A DNA stretch of 64,000 nucleotides from Clostridiaceae bacterium (GCA_012521105.1 JAAYNA010000065.1:2535-66534); one strand, 5' to 3'; positions 29,980 to 39,703 are shown, counted from the first letter of the stretch. The notes: generated from the letters alone by a model not told the origin. Numbers and translations are program-made.

Positions 29980-31005
29980 GTGTGTGAAAAAAGATTACCT
30001 ACGAATTACCCAATTACTACAACATACCCTGTTGATGCCAATGCTGCTATGATTATTTCTAATCAAAAGGAATATAATGTATGGTTACTTAATAGTTTCA
30101 TACAAATTTCGTCAAGAGTTAGCAGTCATCCAATTACATATTTTGACTTTCACTACAGAAATTGTCCCTTATTATATTTGCAAAAAATAAATAAAAAGTT
30201 AATAAATACTCAGGAATACGATAAGCTTATTTATTTTTTAATAAATGCTATTGATAACGGTTACTACATATATTTGATTATTAACCGTAAATATATTAAA
30301 GCTTACCTGACGGAGAAAGACAGCAGACATGATATGCTGATATATGGATATAATTTGGATAAATATATATTTTATATTGCAGATACATTTCAAAACGGAA
30401 AATATAGTTTTGAAACCTGTACTTTTAATGAACTGTTTGAAGCAGTTAATAACCTTAGTGAAGAGGATAATTATTACATGGGATTTAATAATAGTATCGA
30501 GCTATTATCATTAAAAAAATATCCGGAAGAAGCCCTCTTTAATTTAAGAAGAGTAAAGGAGTCAATAATAGATTATTTGGAATGCAGGCCTACAAAATAC
30601 TGGTATACGCAACAATTCAACTGGCATAATCCAATGAATAACCATTTGCTTGGATTAGATTGCTATAAGTTAATTTATAAAGAACTGGAATATATAATTG
30701 AGAATAGGGTAATCAGTCATACTGGATGGTTGTCTTTTCATGTTATGTGGGAGCATAAAAATATAATGTTAAAAAGATTATACTATCTTAATGAAAATAA
30801 AATGCTAAACAACAGTCAAGACGTTATTAGCGAGTATCATGATATTGAAAGAAAAACGTTATTATACAGAAATCAGATCATTAAGTATGCGTATACGGTT
30901 CAAAAAGATGATTCAATAATGAAGTCTTTGTTTAAAAAATACAAAGAGATAGAATTTTGCGACAGGAATATAATAGAAACAATAACAAAATGTATAATTG
31001 GATAG
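29980..31005 (+). CDS. Papain-like/BtrH-N-like protein of unknown function (intact paralog)
   Basis: HDMLIYGY + ADTF strand motif, helical C-terminus; no Cys at the expected nucleophile position. The family call is tentative. Confidence 0.6.
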   Translation: MCEKRLPTNYPITTTYPVDANAAMIISNQKEYNVWLLNSFIQISSRVSSHPITYFDFHYRNCPLLYLQKINKKLINTQEYDKLIYFLINAIDNGYYIYLIINRKYIKAYLTEKDSRHDMLIYGYNLDKYIFYIADTFQNGKYSFETCTFNELFEAVNNLSEEDNYYMGFNNSIELLSLKKYPEEALFNLRRVKESIIDYLECRPTKYWYTQQFNWHNPMNNHLLGLDCYKLIYKELEYIIENRVISHTGWLSFHVMWEHKNIMLKRLYYLNENKMLNNSQDVISEYHDIERKTLLYRNQIIKYAYTVQKDDSIMKSLFKKYKEIEFCDRNIIETITKCIIG

Positions 31006-31082
31006 CAATGGACGACTCAGATAATGTGTGTTTTCATTCTTAGTTAACAGCTTCCTAATTACTGTGCTAAGGAGAGCCTGGT

Positions 31083-31910
31083 ATGACAGAAGCGGACGAG
31101 TTTACGAAACAAGCTATTTTTATGACTAAACCGGAATATAAACAGGACTTCCATTATAAAGTGATAAGAAAAAGGTTTAATGCCGATTTTGCCAGTAAAA
31201 AAAATACTGGTTATGTTACAGTAGCTGCTGTAAATTTGGTCGGTACCTTGGAGAAAAGTAAATACGATAAGCTACTTACCTATATTTCAGTGGAAAAGCA
31301 AAAGAGAATTAATAGATTTCATCGGTATCAAGATGCTCAAAGGACTCTAATTGGCGACATTCTTGTAAGATACTTATTATGCAAAAGGTTAGGGGTTAGA
31401 AATAAAGAGCTAATATTTGGTGTAAACGAGTATGGCAAACCATTTTTAGTCAATAGTACCGATGCTGAATTTAATATTTCACACTCAGGCGAATGGGTTG
31501 TCTGCTCAATAGATAATATGCCGGTAGGAATTGATATTGAGCAAGTTAAACCTATTGATATAAGCATTGCAGAGCGGTTCTTTTCTAAAGAGGAAGTTAA
31601 GAGCCTTATGAGTAAATGCATAGCTGAGAGAGAAGCCTATTTCTATGATTTGTGGACATTGAAAGAAAGCTATATTAAAGCAGTTGGAAAAGGGTTATCA
31701 ATACCATTGAACTCCTTTACAATACGTATTGTAAAGAATAATATAACTGTTTGTTCTGCAAATGAAACAGATAATTATTACTTTAAACAGTATTATATAG
31801 ATCAAGAATATAAGATGGCTGTATGTTCAAGTAAAAATGAATTTCCTGATGAGATTAACTTTTTTAATATTGATGAATTGTATGAAGAGCTTTTGTTAAT
31901 ATTGATATAA
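31083..31910 (+). CDS. sfp: Sfp-type 4'-phosphopantetheinyl transferase with an unusual N-terminal extension of about 45 aa
   Basis: NEYGKPFL, FNISHSGEWVVC, VGIDIE, LWTLKESYIKAVGKGL. Confidence 0.92.
   Translation: MTEADEFTKQAIFMTKPEYKQDFHYKVIRKRFNADFASKKNTGYVTVAAVNLVGTLEKSKYDKLLTYISVEKQKRINRFHRYQDAQRTLIGDILVRYLLCKRLGVRNKELIFGVNEYGKPFLVNSTDAEFNISHSGEWVVCSIDNMPVGIDIEQVKPIDISIAERFFSKEEVKSLMSKCIAEREAYFYDLWTLKESYIKAVGKGLSIPLNSFTIRIVKNNITVCSANETDNYYFKQYYIDQEYKMAVCSSKNEFPDEINFFNIDELYEELLLILI
31117..31139 (+). repeat. 23-bp element, copy 2 (5' region of sfp)
   Basis: TTTTTATGACTAAACCGGAATAT, identical to 28858-28880. Confidence 0.9.
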
Positions 31911-31979
31911 ACAGTACAGATGTGCAGGGAAATGCAAAGAATGCGTTAAGTACTGTCCTGGACATGGAATTAATTAAAT

Positions 31980-32248
31980 TTTGCAAAATTATTAAGGTAT
32001 CTATATAATAAATATCCTGCGGAAGAATTGGTAAATTTCGCAAATATGTTTGAAAGTCAAATATAAGTTGGGATAAGGTTAGTTATTTGTTACTCGAAGC
32101 ATGTTACAAGAAAGAAGCTGGTATTATTTTGCAGAGTTCTGCTGAGATTATTAGGGAAATAGCTAGATTTGAAGAATCTATAGCTAATGCCATTCAGAAA
32201 TATTTAAAGCAAGTCGAAGGGGAAATTACAAATTCAATGCTCCTATGA
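31980..32248 (+). pseudogene. C-terminal remnant of a BtrH-like protein
   Basis: Hand translation FAKLLRYLYNKYPAEELVNFANMFES / WDKVSYLLLEACYKKEAGIILQSSAEIIREIARFEESIANAI, with a frameshift or stop between; resembles the helical C-terminus of BtrH-like proteins. Confidence 0.45.
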
Positions 32249-32325
32249 TAGTTCATTTTATCTGTAGATAGTGGCGTGCACGGTAGAGAAGAACAATACA
32301 TACGTCCTAACTTATTGAGAATCTC

Positions 32326-33084
32326 ATGAGGAGTATACTTATGATAGATCAACCCGGATTTGTATCTGAAATATTATTCAATACGAAAACAAACCATTTG
32401 AATCGATATCCTTACAATCTTTATGTTTTAAAAAATTTAAAATCTTTAGCTTTAGATGACAAAGTAACTTTTATTGTCGGAGAAAATGGAACGGGAAAAT
32501 CTACATTAATTGAAGCGATTGCAATTGCATATGGATTTAACGCGGAAGGCGGCTCAATTAATATTAATTTTTCAACTCGTTTTTCATCATCCGACCTTTA
32601 TAAAAGCATACAAATCAAAAAAACCTTAAATCGACCTAAAGATGGGTATTTTTTAAGAGCCGAAAGCTTTTTCAATGTTGCAACAAACATTGAGGAATTG
32701 GATGCTATACCAGCAACGGCAAAAAAATAATCGAATCATATGGCGGAAAATCACTTCATGAACAGTCACATGGAGAATCATTCCTTTCACTTTTCTTGAA
32801 CAGGTTCAGAGGGAATGGGTTTTACATTTTAGATGAACCGGAAGCTGCTCTTTCGGTACAAAGCAATTAACATTCGTTGCCCGTATGCACGAACTGGTCA
32901 AAAAAACTCTCAGTTTTTGATAGCGACTCATTCCCCGATTATATTATCTTATCAGAATTCGACAATATATGAAATTGGAGAATGCGGCTTAAATACGATA
33001 AAATATGAGAATACTGAGCAGTTCAAATTCATGAAATTATTTATAAGCAATTATCCCCGTATCCTTAAAAGAATAATGGATTGA
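32326..33084 (+). pseudogene. AAA/ABC-type ATPase (COG3910-like) with three -1 frameshifts
   Basis: GENGTGKST, FLRAESFF, then (shifted) SLHEQSHGESF...ILDEPEAALS, then SQFLIATHSPII. Breaks near 32727, 32863 and about 32900. Confidence 0.85.
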
Positions 33085-33094
33085 GGGTTTAGGT

Positions 33095-34015
33095 GTGGAT
33101 ATAATACATTATCTTTAACTAAACAAACCTGGTATTTTCTTAGACATTGAGTTAATTGCTCGGGGGCATACTTACCATCTAAAAAGCCGAAGGATTAATA
33201 AAGCGATAAAACATGTAAGAAAGTGAGTTTCAATTTTATGTTCCAAGCTAACGAAAACAGGTCTGCTCAAGGTCACTTTTTGTAATTCTAAAACTATGTT
33301 CAATCTCCCAAAGCCCGTGATAAGCCTTGACAACTTCATGGTCAGGCATATCTAATTCGCTGGTTATAATCGCATAGTAACCATCATACTTTTCGTCTTC
33401 AACAATCTTTTCCATATCTAAATATGTGACATGCTTAGTAGTTATAAACTCACCAGTTTATGGATCGTATTCAATGTTCTTTACATATCGTAATGCCCCA
33501 CCTACTTCTTTTTATCATAAAGTTTAGGATTCTGTATGATTTTTTGAGCTTTAGCAATAAGCTCTGCTCGCTTATGCTTTTGACGTCTGGCATAAAGCTC
33601 GTTGTAGCAAACAATTTGTTTAACATCTAAGGGAATTCTACGCTTAATATCGTCTGAATATGTTACCCACAATTCCTGCCGATAGATCCTGGATTTCATG
33701 CGAAAGACAGGTTTATCCTGATTGCCATCTTTTTCATTCCATAAGTCAGCCTGCTGCACAATTCCTCGTTCTTCTGCATAGCCCTCTGGATCAAAAACAT
33801 ATGATTGGAGGTCTTGAGAAGCTCCTCGTATTTTTTGTGAAAAGATAATTCCGCCTCCTTTTGACATTAGGAATACAACGTTATCACCACTATTCAAAGC
33901 CTTATCTGCAACAGTAATAATTCTGCCCGGCCCATAGTCAGCACATGTTTTTTGTAGTAGAGGCATCATCGTTTGGCTATCATGTGTATTTTCTTTAAAA
34001 AGGCGATAGATTGTC
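33095..34015 (-). mobile_element. IS1634-family transposase remnant
   Basis: YRLFKENTHDSQTMMP, VADKALNSGDN, SQKIRG, KQIVCYNELYARRQKHKR, then (shifted) DGYYAIITSELD, YHGLWEIEHSFRITKSDLE, HFLTCFIALLILRL. Multiple stops and no 5' half. Confidence 0.88.
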
Positions 34016-34191
34016 TTGCTTGTTGGTATTATTCAACTGCTAAACTGGCGACTATAAACGATGGTTCACTGAAAATAAAATGACATTAACTGAATTTAGC
34101 TGCAAATTTTCTTGAATGAACCTGGCTTCAAATGATATAATAGTTACTCAAAAGGTAAAAGAATATTTAATAATAATGGAGAATTAGAAAC

Positions 34192-35433
34192 ATGAAAAGT
34201 ATTATTCGAGATATAAATTTAGCCCCAACGGGCAGGCAGAAAATTGAATGGGCAAAAAGAAATATGCCTATTTTAAGTAGTATGGAAGAAGAATTTAAAA
34301 AAACACGCCCCTTTGAAGGGATAAAAATATCACTTTCAATTCACCTTGAAGCAAAAACAGCCTATCTTTCGAAAGTGCTTGCAGCAGGTGGCGCCATAAT
34401 GGCGGTTACCGGAAGCAATCCTCTTTCAACACAGGATGATGTTGCAGCAGCTCTTGCAGAAGACGGCATAAGCGTTTATTCATGGTACGATGCTACCCCT
34501 GAAGAATATGATCATTTTATTGATGAAACACTAAGTCACGGCCCACATATAGTCATTGACGACGGCGGTGACTTAACTTATGCCCTTCATACAAGGAAAA
34601 AAGAATTGCTTTCCGGAATATACGGGGGATGCGAGGAAACCACCACTGGCATACTGCGCCTTAAGGCAATGGAAAAGGAAGGAACCTTGCAAATTCCAAT
34701 GATGGCAGTTAATGATGCCATGTGTAAACACCTGTTTGACAACCGCTATGGAACAGGTCAATCGGTATGGGACGGGATTAACAGAACAACCAACCTGGTA
34801 GTGGCAGGCAAAACCGTTGTAGTAGCGGGTTATGGCTGGTGCGGCAAGGGTGTCGCAATGAGAGCGAAGGGGTTGGGTGCAAAGGTTATTGTTACAGAAG
34901 TGGATCCTGTTAAAGCTATTGAGGCTGTTATGGATGGATTTTCGGTTATGACGATGGATGAGGCGGCTGAATTGGGTGATATTTTTATTACCGTAACAGG
35001 GTGCAATAAAGTGATTGTAAAAAGACATTTTCAGAAAATGAAAGATGGCGCAGTGCTATGTAATGCCGGGCATTTTAACGTTGAAATCTGCATCCCTGAA
35101 CTGGAGGAGTTAAGCAGTAATATACATGAATCACGCAAAAATATAGCATGCTATGAAATGGATAATGGTAAAAAGCTCTACCTCCTTGGAGAAGGAAGGC
35201 TTGTTAACCTGGCATGCGGTGATGGCCACCCTGCTGAAATTATGGACATGAGTTTTGCAGTGCAGGCTTATGCTGCACTATACATTTTAAATAACCATTC
35301 GGAGCTTAAACCGGGAGTTTTCGAAATACCTGACGAAATTGACAGGAAAATTGCAATGATGAAACTGCAAAGTCTTGGCATCAATATAGATGAACTTACC
35401 GAAGAACAGAAAAATTATATAAACAGTTGGTAG
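34192..35433 (+). CDS. ahcY: Adenosylhomocysteinase (SAH hydrolase)
   Basis: SNPLSTQDD, DDGGDL, EETTTG, KHLFDNRYGTGQS, GYGWCGKG, GRLVNLACGDGHP. Confidence 0.97.
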   Translation: MKSIIRDINLAPTGRQKIEWAKRNMPILSSMEEEFKKTRPFEGIKISLSIHLEAKTAYLSKVLAAGGAIMAVTGSNPLSTQDDVAAALAEDGISVYSWYDATPEEYDHFIDETLSHGPHIVIDDGGDLTYALHTRKKELLSGIYGGCEETTTGILRLKAMEKEGTLQIPMMAVNDAMCKHLFDNRYGTGQSVWDGINRTTNLVVAGKTVVVAGYGWCGKGVAMRAKGLGAKVIVTEVDPVKAIEAVMDGFSVMTMDEAAELGDIFITVTGCNKVIVKRHFQKMKDGAVLCNAGHFNVEICIPELEELSSNIHESRKNIACYEMDNGKKLYLLGEGRLVNLACGDGHPAEIMDMSFAVQAYAALYILNNHSELKPGVFEIPDEIDRKIAMMKLQSLGINIDELTEEQKNYINSW

Positions 35434-35523
35434 TTATTGCCGGATGAGCTGAAACCTGCGTAATACCTGACATTCGGAGAGGGGATAATCTTTCAGTATG
35501 TTGACACAGAACCTGTTTTATAT

Positions 35524-36345
35524 ATGAAAGGTGCGGTTTTGTTGGAAAAAGAAATTCTTAACATGGAAGAAGCAGCAGAATTGTTTGGTGTAAGTATAAA
35601 AACCTTTATAAAACTTTTACGGGAGGAAGATGTACCTGCAAGAAAAATAGGCCGGGAATGGAGGTTCTCAAAACAGGCATTGATCGATTGGCTGGCAAAG
35701 GGAAGTTCAAAAATGTATTCATCCAGCGAGCAGGAGGTCAGACAGTTTTTTGAGAAAATAGCTGATAAATGGGAGGAAATAAGTTCTGGAATCTATGATC
35801 ACTCAATTATTAACAAATTAATTGATTTCGGCCTTTTGAATAAAGATATGACAGTTTTGGATTATGGTTCGGGTGACGGTTTTATTTCCAGGGGTATAGC
35901 CTCTCATACAGGCAAAATTATTGCCATGGATATGTCAGTATCCATGCTGGACGAGTTGGACAGAAAGGCAAAGCAACAGGGCATTACAAATATACTGACC
36001 GTAGAATGTGAAGAAAGTGAAGTTCCGCTTAGAGACAGCAGGGTTGACATGGTTTGTGCATCTATGATTTTGCATCATATTAAATTTCCTGATGATATTG
36101 TGCAGGAATTCTACCGTGTGCTAAGACCAAAAGGTGTTTTGTTCATTGCTGATCTCTTGCCCCATAATGATGAAGAATTTCAAATAAGTATGCATGACTA
36201 CCACAGGGGCATAAATCCTGTTGCTCTTGAACAATGGCTTTCAGATACAGGATTTTGTAATATTAACATTGAAAAACTGCCCGATATAGGTAAAGGGAAA
36301 AAGAATATATTTGTGTTAACAGCAGTAAAGGCAGAACAGGTATAA
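35524..36345 (+). CDS. Excisionase-type HTH (HTH_17) fused to a class I SAM-methyltransferase-like domain; putative regulator (start may be the TTG at 35539 or 35542)
   Basis: N-terminal ILNMEEAAELFGVSIKTFIKLLREEDVPARKIGREWRFSKQALIDWL; C-terminal VLDYGSGDG, MDMSVSML, ASMILHH, RVLRPKG. Confidence 0.85.
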   Translation: MKGAVLLEKEILNMEEAAELFGVSIKTFIKLLREEDVPARKIGREWRFSKQALIDWLAKGSSKMYSSSEQEVRQFFEKIADKWEEISSGIYDHSIINKLIDFGLLNKDMTVLDYGSGDGFISRGIASHTGKIIAMDMSVSMLDELDRKAKQQGITNILTVECEESEVPLRDSRVDMVCASMILHHIKFPDDIVQEFYRVLRPKGVLFIADLLPHNDEEFQISMHDYHRGINPVALEQWLSDTGFCNINIEKLPDIGKGKKNIFVLTAVKAEQV

Positions 36346-36511
36346 GTGCCACCTTCAAACAGGGATAATGGTATTTTCGGGAAAAAAGATAAGCATAAGC
36401 TTTTGAATATTGAGAAAATTTAAGAATTATTTGAGTATTATAAGGAACAATATAAAGGGTTATAATTTAATAAGGCTGCAGGATGTTTATCATTAACTTA
36501 ACCTAAGCTCT

Positions 36512-37186
36512 GTGGTTTTGAAAATTTATATTATGCCAGCATGGAGACCAACTAATGTGATGAATTATTTTGAAAAATTTACAGACCATTTGCTATTTGA
36601 TGAAGAACCCTCGATATATTTCAGAGAAATTGATAATGAAGATTTTTTTAATAAAGATTATCCTTTTACGCTGCTTAGCCAGTTAAAGCAAACAGAGCAG
36701 AACCCTAAATGGCACCCTGAAGGCAATGTGTGGAATCATACTCTGAATGTAATTGATAACGGTGCACTGGTAAGGGATAAAAGCGACGATGAAATGGTAT
36801 TTATGTGGTCGTGCTTGTTGCATGATATTGGAAAGCCTTCGACAACTAAGGTAAGAAGGGGAAAAATAACAGCTTATGACCATGATAAAGCAGGTGAGAA
36901 ATTATCTATTGAATTCCTAAGTGCTTTTAATTGTGATAATGAGTTTATATATAAAGTTTCAAAAATGGTACGATGGCATATGCAGGTATTAATGGTAATT
37001 AAAAACTTAACCTTTGCCGATATAGAAACAATGGTAAAGGAAGTGTCTGTTCATGAAATTGCATTGCTTGCTATGTGTGACAGGTTAGGCCGCGGAAAAG
37101 TAACAGACAGGGTAATATCCGAAGAAAAAAAGAATATGCAGTATTTCCTGAAAAAATGCATGCCTTATATTAATTCTCTGAATTAA
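36512..37186 (+). CDS. Stand-alone HD-domain phosphohydrolase (CCA-adding-enzyme-like HD)
   Basis: QNPKWHPEGNVWNHT, LLHDIGKP, VRWHM and CDRLGR. The true start is probably the ATG at 36527 or later. Confidence 0.8.
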   Translation: MVLKIYIMPAWRPTNVMNYFEKFTDHLLFDEEPSIYFREIDNEDFFNKDYPFTLLSQLKQTEQNPKWHPEGNVWNHTLNVIDNGALVRDKSDDEMVFMWSCLLHDIGKPSTTKVRRGKITAYDHDKAGEKLSIEFLSAFNCDNEFIYKVSKMVRWHMQVLMVIKNLTFADIETMVKEVSVHEIALLAMCDRLGRGKVTDRVISEEKKNMQYFLKKCMPYINSLN

Positions 37187-37311
37187 ACATGTTGTGCTGA
37201 AATTAACGGCTGCCTTCAAGAAATAAACTTGCTGCCAGGATCATATCCTGATTAAGGCCAGGTTGAGTTTAGCACAACCTGTAAATTCATATTTTGTTTG
37301 GGGGTATTGTA

Positions 37312-39666
37312 ATGCAGTATGGTTATTTTGATCAAAAGGCCCGTGAATATGTTATTACAAGACCTGATACTCCAACACCCTGGATAAATTACATAGGAAG
37401 CGGGAAATACGGAGGCATTGTTTCTAACACCGGAGGCGGCTACAGTTTTCACACCGATCCACGAAACAGAAGAATTACAAGGTACAGGTACAATAATATC
37501 CCAATGGACAGGCCAGGAAGGTACATCTATATCCGCGACAGAGTGACTGGTGAGTACTGGAATCCCGGTTTCCAGCCGGTACAGAGAAAACTTGATTCAT
37601 ACAGGTGCAGGCATGGAATGGGCTATACTGTTCTAGAGGGAGAATATAAACAAATTGCAGCCGATGTAACCTACTTTGTGCCTGACGACAAAGATTTTGA
37701 AATCTGGCTTGTACATATCAAAAACCTTGGTCAAATAGAAAGAAAACTTCAGGTATTCAGCTATGCTGAATTCTGTTTCTGGGATGCTGTAAAAGATCAA
37801 CAGAATGTTGACTGGGTTCAACAGATAAATCAGGGAAGGTATGAGGATAAAGTTATAACCTGGCATCCCCATCACTTCAATGAAGAATGTACTTTTTTTG
37901 CCACAAATGAGGAAATAAACAGCTTTGACACAAATCTTGAATCCTTCATCGGCAGATACCGCTGTGAAGCAAATCCTGTTGCCGTTGAAATGGGCGGATG
38001 CTCCAATTCAATATCATACAGAATGAATGGCGTAGGAGCCTTCTGTATTGACCTGAATCTGTCTGCCGGAGAAGAACGGGACATAATATTTATTCTAGGC
38101 TTTACCGAAAACAAAAAAGCAATAAGGGATGAGATAAAAAAGTACCTGAATGTAAGTTACGTAAAGGAAGCCCTTGAAAGGTTAAAGTATTCATGGGACA
38201 AATACCTGGATAAGCTTTATATTGAAACTCCTGATGATGAGATGGACCTGTTTGTGAATACCTGGAATCAGTATCAATGCAAAATAACCTTCAACTGGTC
38301 AAGGTTTGTATCCCTTTACCAGCTTGGTATAGGAAGAGGTATGGGAACACGGGACAGCGCACAGGATACCCTTGGCGTAATGCATTCGATACCTTACCAG
38401 GCAAGTGAGCTTATTAAAAAATTATTACATTGCCAGTATACCGACGGACGCATTTATCATCTGTTTTTCCCATTGACTGGCGAAGGAGGTGTTGGTGATG
38501 CACCTGTAATGAAATTCGACTGGTACTCCGATGATCATCTTTGGCTTCCTCTTGCAGTTAACTCGTATTTAAAGGAAACAGGTAATTTTGAATTTTTAAA
38601 CAGTATTGTTTTATACAATGACAATAAAACCGAAGGTACAGTCTGGGAACACCTGGACAGGGCACTGGATTTCACATATCATCATCGCGGGCCTCATGGC
38701 CTCGCTCTTGCCGGCAGGGCTGACTGGAACGACACCCTGAATCTGGATGTTGGAAATGGGATTGCAGAAAGTGTTTTTACTTCAATGCTGTTTTGCAAAG
38801 CTGTCCTTGAGATGATTCAGATATCTGAATTTTTAAAGGATGAAGACAGTGCACTAAAATACAGGAACATGTATGAAGAAATGAAAAAAGCCATAAATGA
38901 GTCGTGCTGGGACGGGGATTGGTACATAAGGGCATTTGATGATGAAGGAAAGGTGCTTGGCTCAAGGGAGAATGAGTACGGAAAGATATTTATCAACAGT
39001 CAGTCATGGTCTGTACTTAGTCTTGTGGCTCCTGAAGAATACGCAAAGAAATGCCTGGAGTCGGTATATGAGCACTTAAATACAAAATATGGAATTGTAA
39101 AGGTGTACCCAGGATACCCCGAATATGATCCGACTAAAGGCGGAATAACAACATTTCCGCCCGGAACAAAGGAAAATGGCGGTATCTTCTTGCATACAAA
39201 TCCATGGGTTATGATTGCAGAATGCATTTTGGGCAACGGAAACAGGGCCTACCAGTACTACACAGAGATACTTCCTGCAAGGCGCAATAATGATGCCGAG
39301 ATACTGGAAGTTGAACCATATGTGTATTGTCAGAATGTTCTCGGAAAGGAACATCCCCAATTTGGAACGGGCAGAAATTCATGGCTTACTGGTACGGCTG
39401 CCTGGAATATGGTTGCAGTAAGCCAGTATATATTGGGAATAAGGCCCGAGTATGAAAGCTTAACTGTGGATCCGTGTATACCTTCCGGATGGAAAGGTTT
39501 TAAGGCAAGAAGGAAGTTCAGGGGCTGTACTTACAATATAGAAGTGAAAAATCCTGAAGGGGTATGCAAGGGTGTTAAAAAAATAATTGTAGATGGCGAT
39601 GAAACCGACAAAATCCCTGTAAAGCCCGAAGGAACGGTTTGTGATTGCATAGTTATAATGGGTTAA
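37312..39666 (+). CDS. GH94 glycoside phosphorylase (cellodextrin/cellobiose/chitobiose phosphorylase family; by recollection most like clostridial cellodextrin phosphorylase CepB)
   Basis: MQYGYFDQKAREYVITRPDTPTPWINYIG, GRGMGTRDSAQD, ADWNDTL, KENGGIFLHTNPW, SWLTGTAAW. Substrate not determinable from sequence alone. Confidence 0.9.
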   Translation: MQYGYFDQKAREYVITRPDTPTPWINYIGSGKYGGIVSNTGGGYSFHTDPRNRRITRYRYNNIPMDRPGRYIYIRDRVTGEYWNPGFQPVQRKLDSYRCRHGMGYTVLEGEYKQIAADVTYFVPDDKDFEIWLVHIKNLGQIERKLQVFSYAEFCFWDAVKDQQNVDWVQQINQGRYEDKVITWHPHHFNEECTFFATNEEINSFDTNLESFIGRYRCEANPVAVEMGGCSNSISYRMNGVGAFCIDLNLSAGEERDIIFILGFTENKKAIRDEIKKYLNVSYVKEALERLKYSWDKYLDKLYIETPDDEMDLFVNTWNQYQCKITFNWSRFVSLYQLGIGRGMGTRDSAQDTLGVMHSIPYQASELIKKLLHCQYTDGRIYHLFFPLTGEGGVGDAPVMKFDWYSDDHLWLPLAVNSYLKETGNFEFLNSIVLYNDNKTEGTVWEHLDRALDFTYHHRGPHGLALAGRADWNDTLNLDVGNGIAESVFTSMLFCKAVLEMIQISEFLKDEDSALKYRNMYEEMKKAINESCWDGDWYIRAFDDEGKVLGSRENEYGKIFINSQSWSVLSLVAPEEYAKKCLESVYEHLNTKYGIVKVYPGYPEYDPTKGGITTFPPGTKENGGIFLHTNPWVMIAECILGNGNRAYQYYTEILPARRNNDAEILEVEPYVYCQNVLGKEHPQFGTGRNSWLTGTAAWNMVAVSQYILGIRPEYESLTVDPCIPSGWKGFKARRKFRGCTYNIEVKNPEGVCKGVKKIIVDGDETDKIPVKPEGTVCDCIVIMG

Positions 39667-39703
39667 ATTTTATGGGAATAAAATTATAAAATAAAATGTT
39701 GCG

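Noticed and set aside
31921-31959. CAGKCKECVKYCP, ferredoxin-like Cys spacing
   Set aside because: No start codon, a stop follows within 7 codons, and it sits in pseudogene debris.
34016-34191. SAM or SAH riboswitch upstream of ahcY
   Set aside because: The promoter lies about 50 nt from the ATG, and no S-box or SAH aptamer motifs are present.
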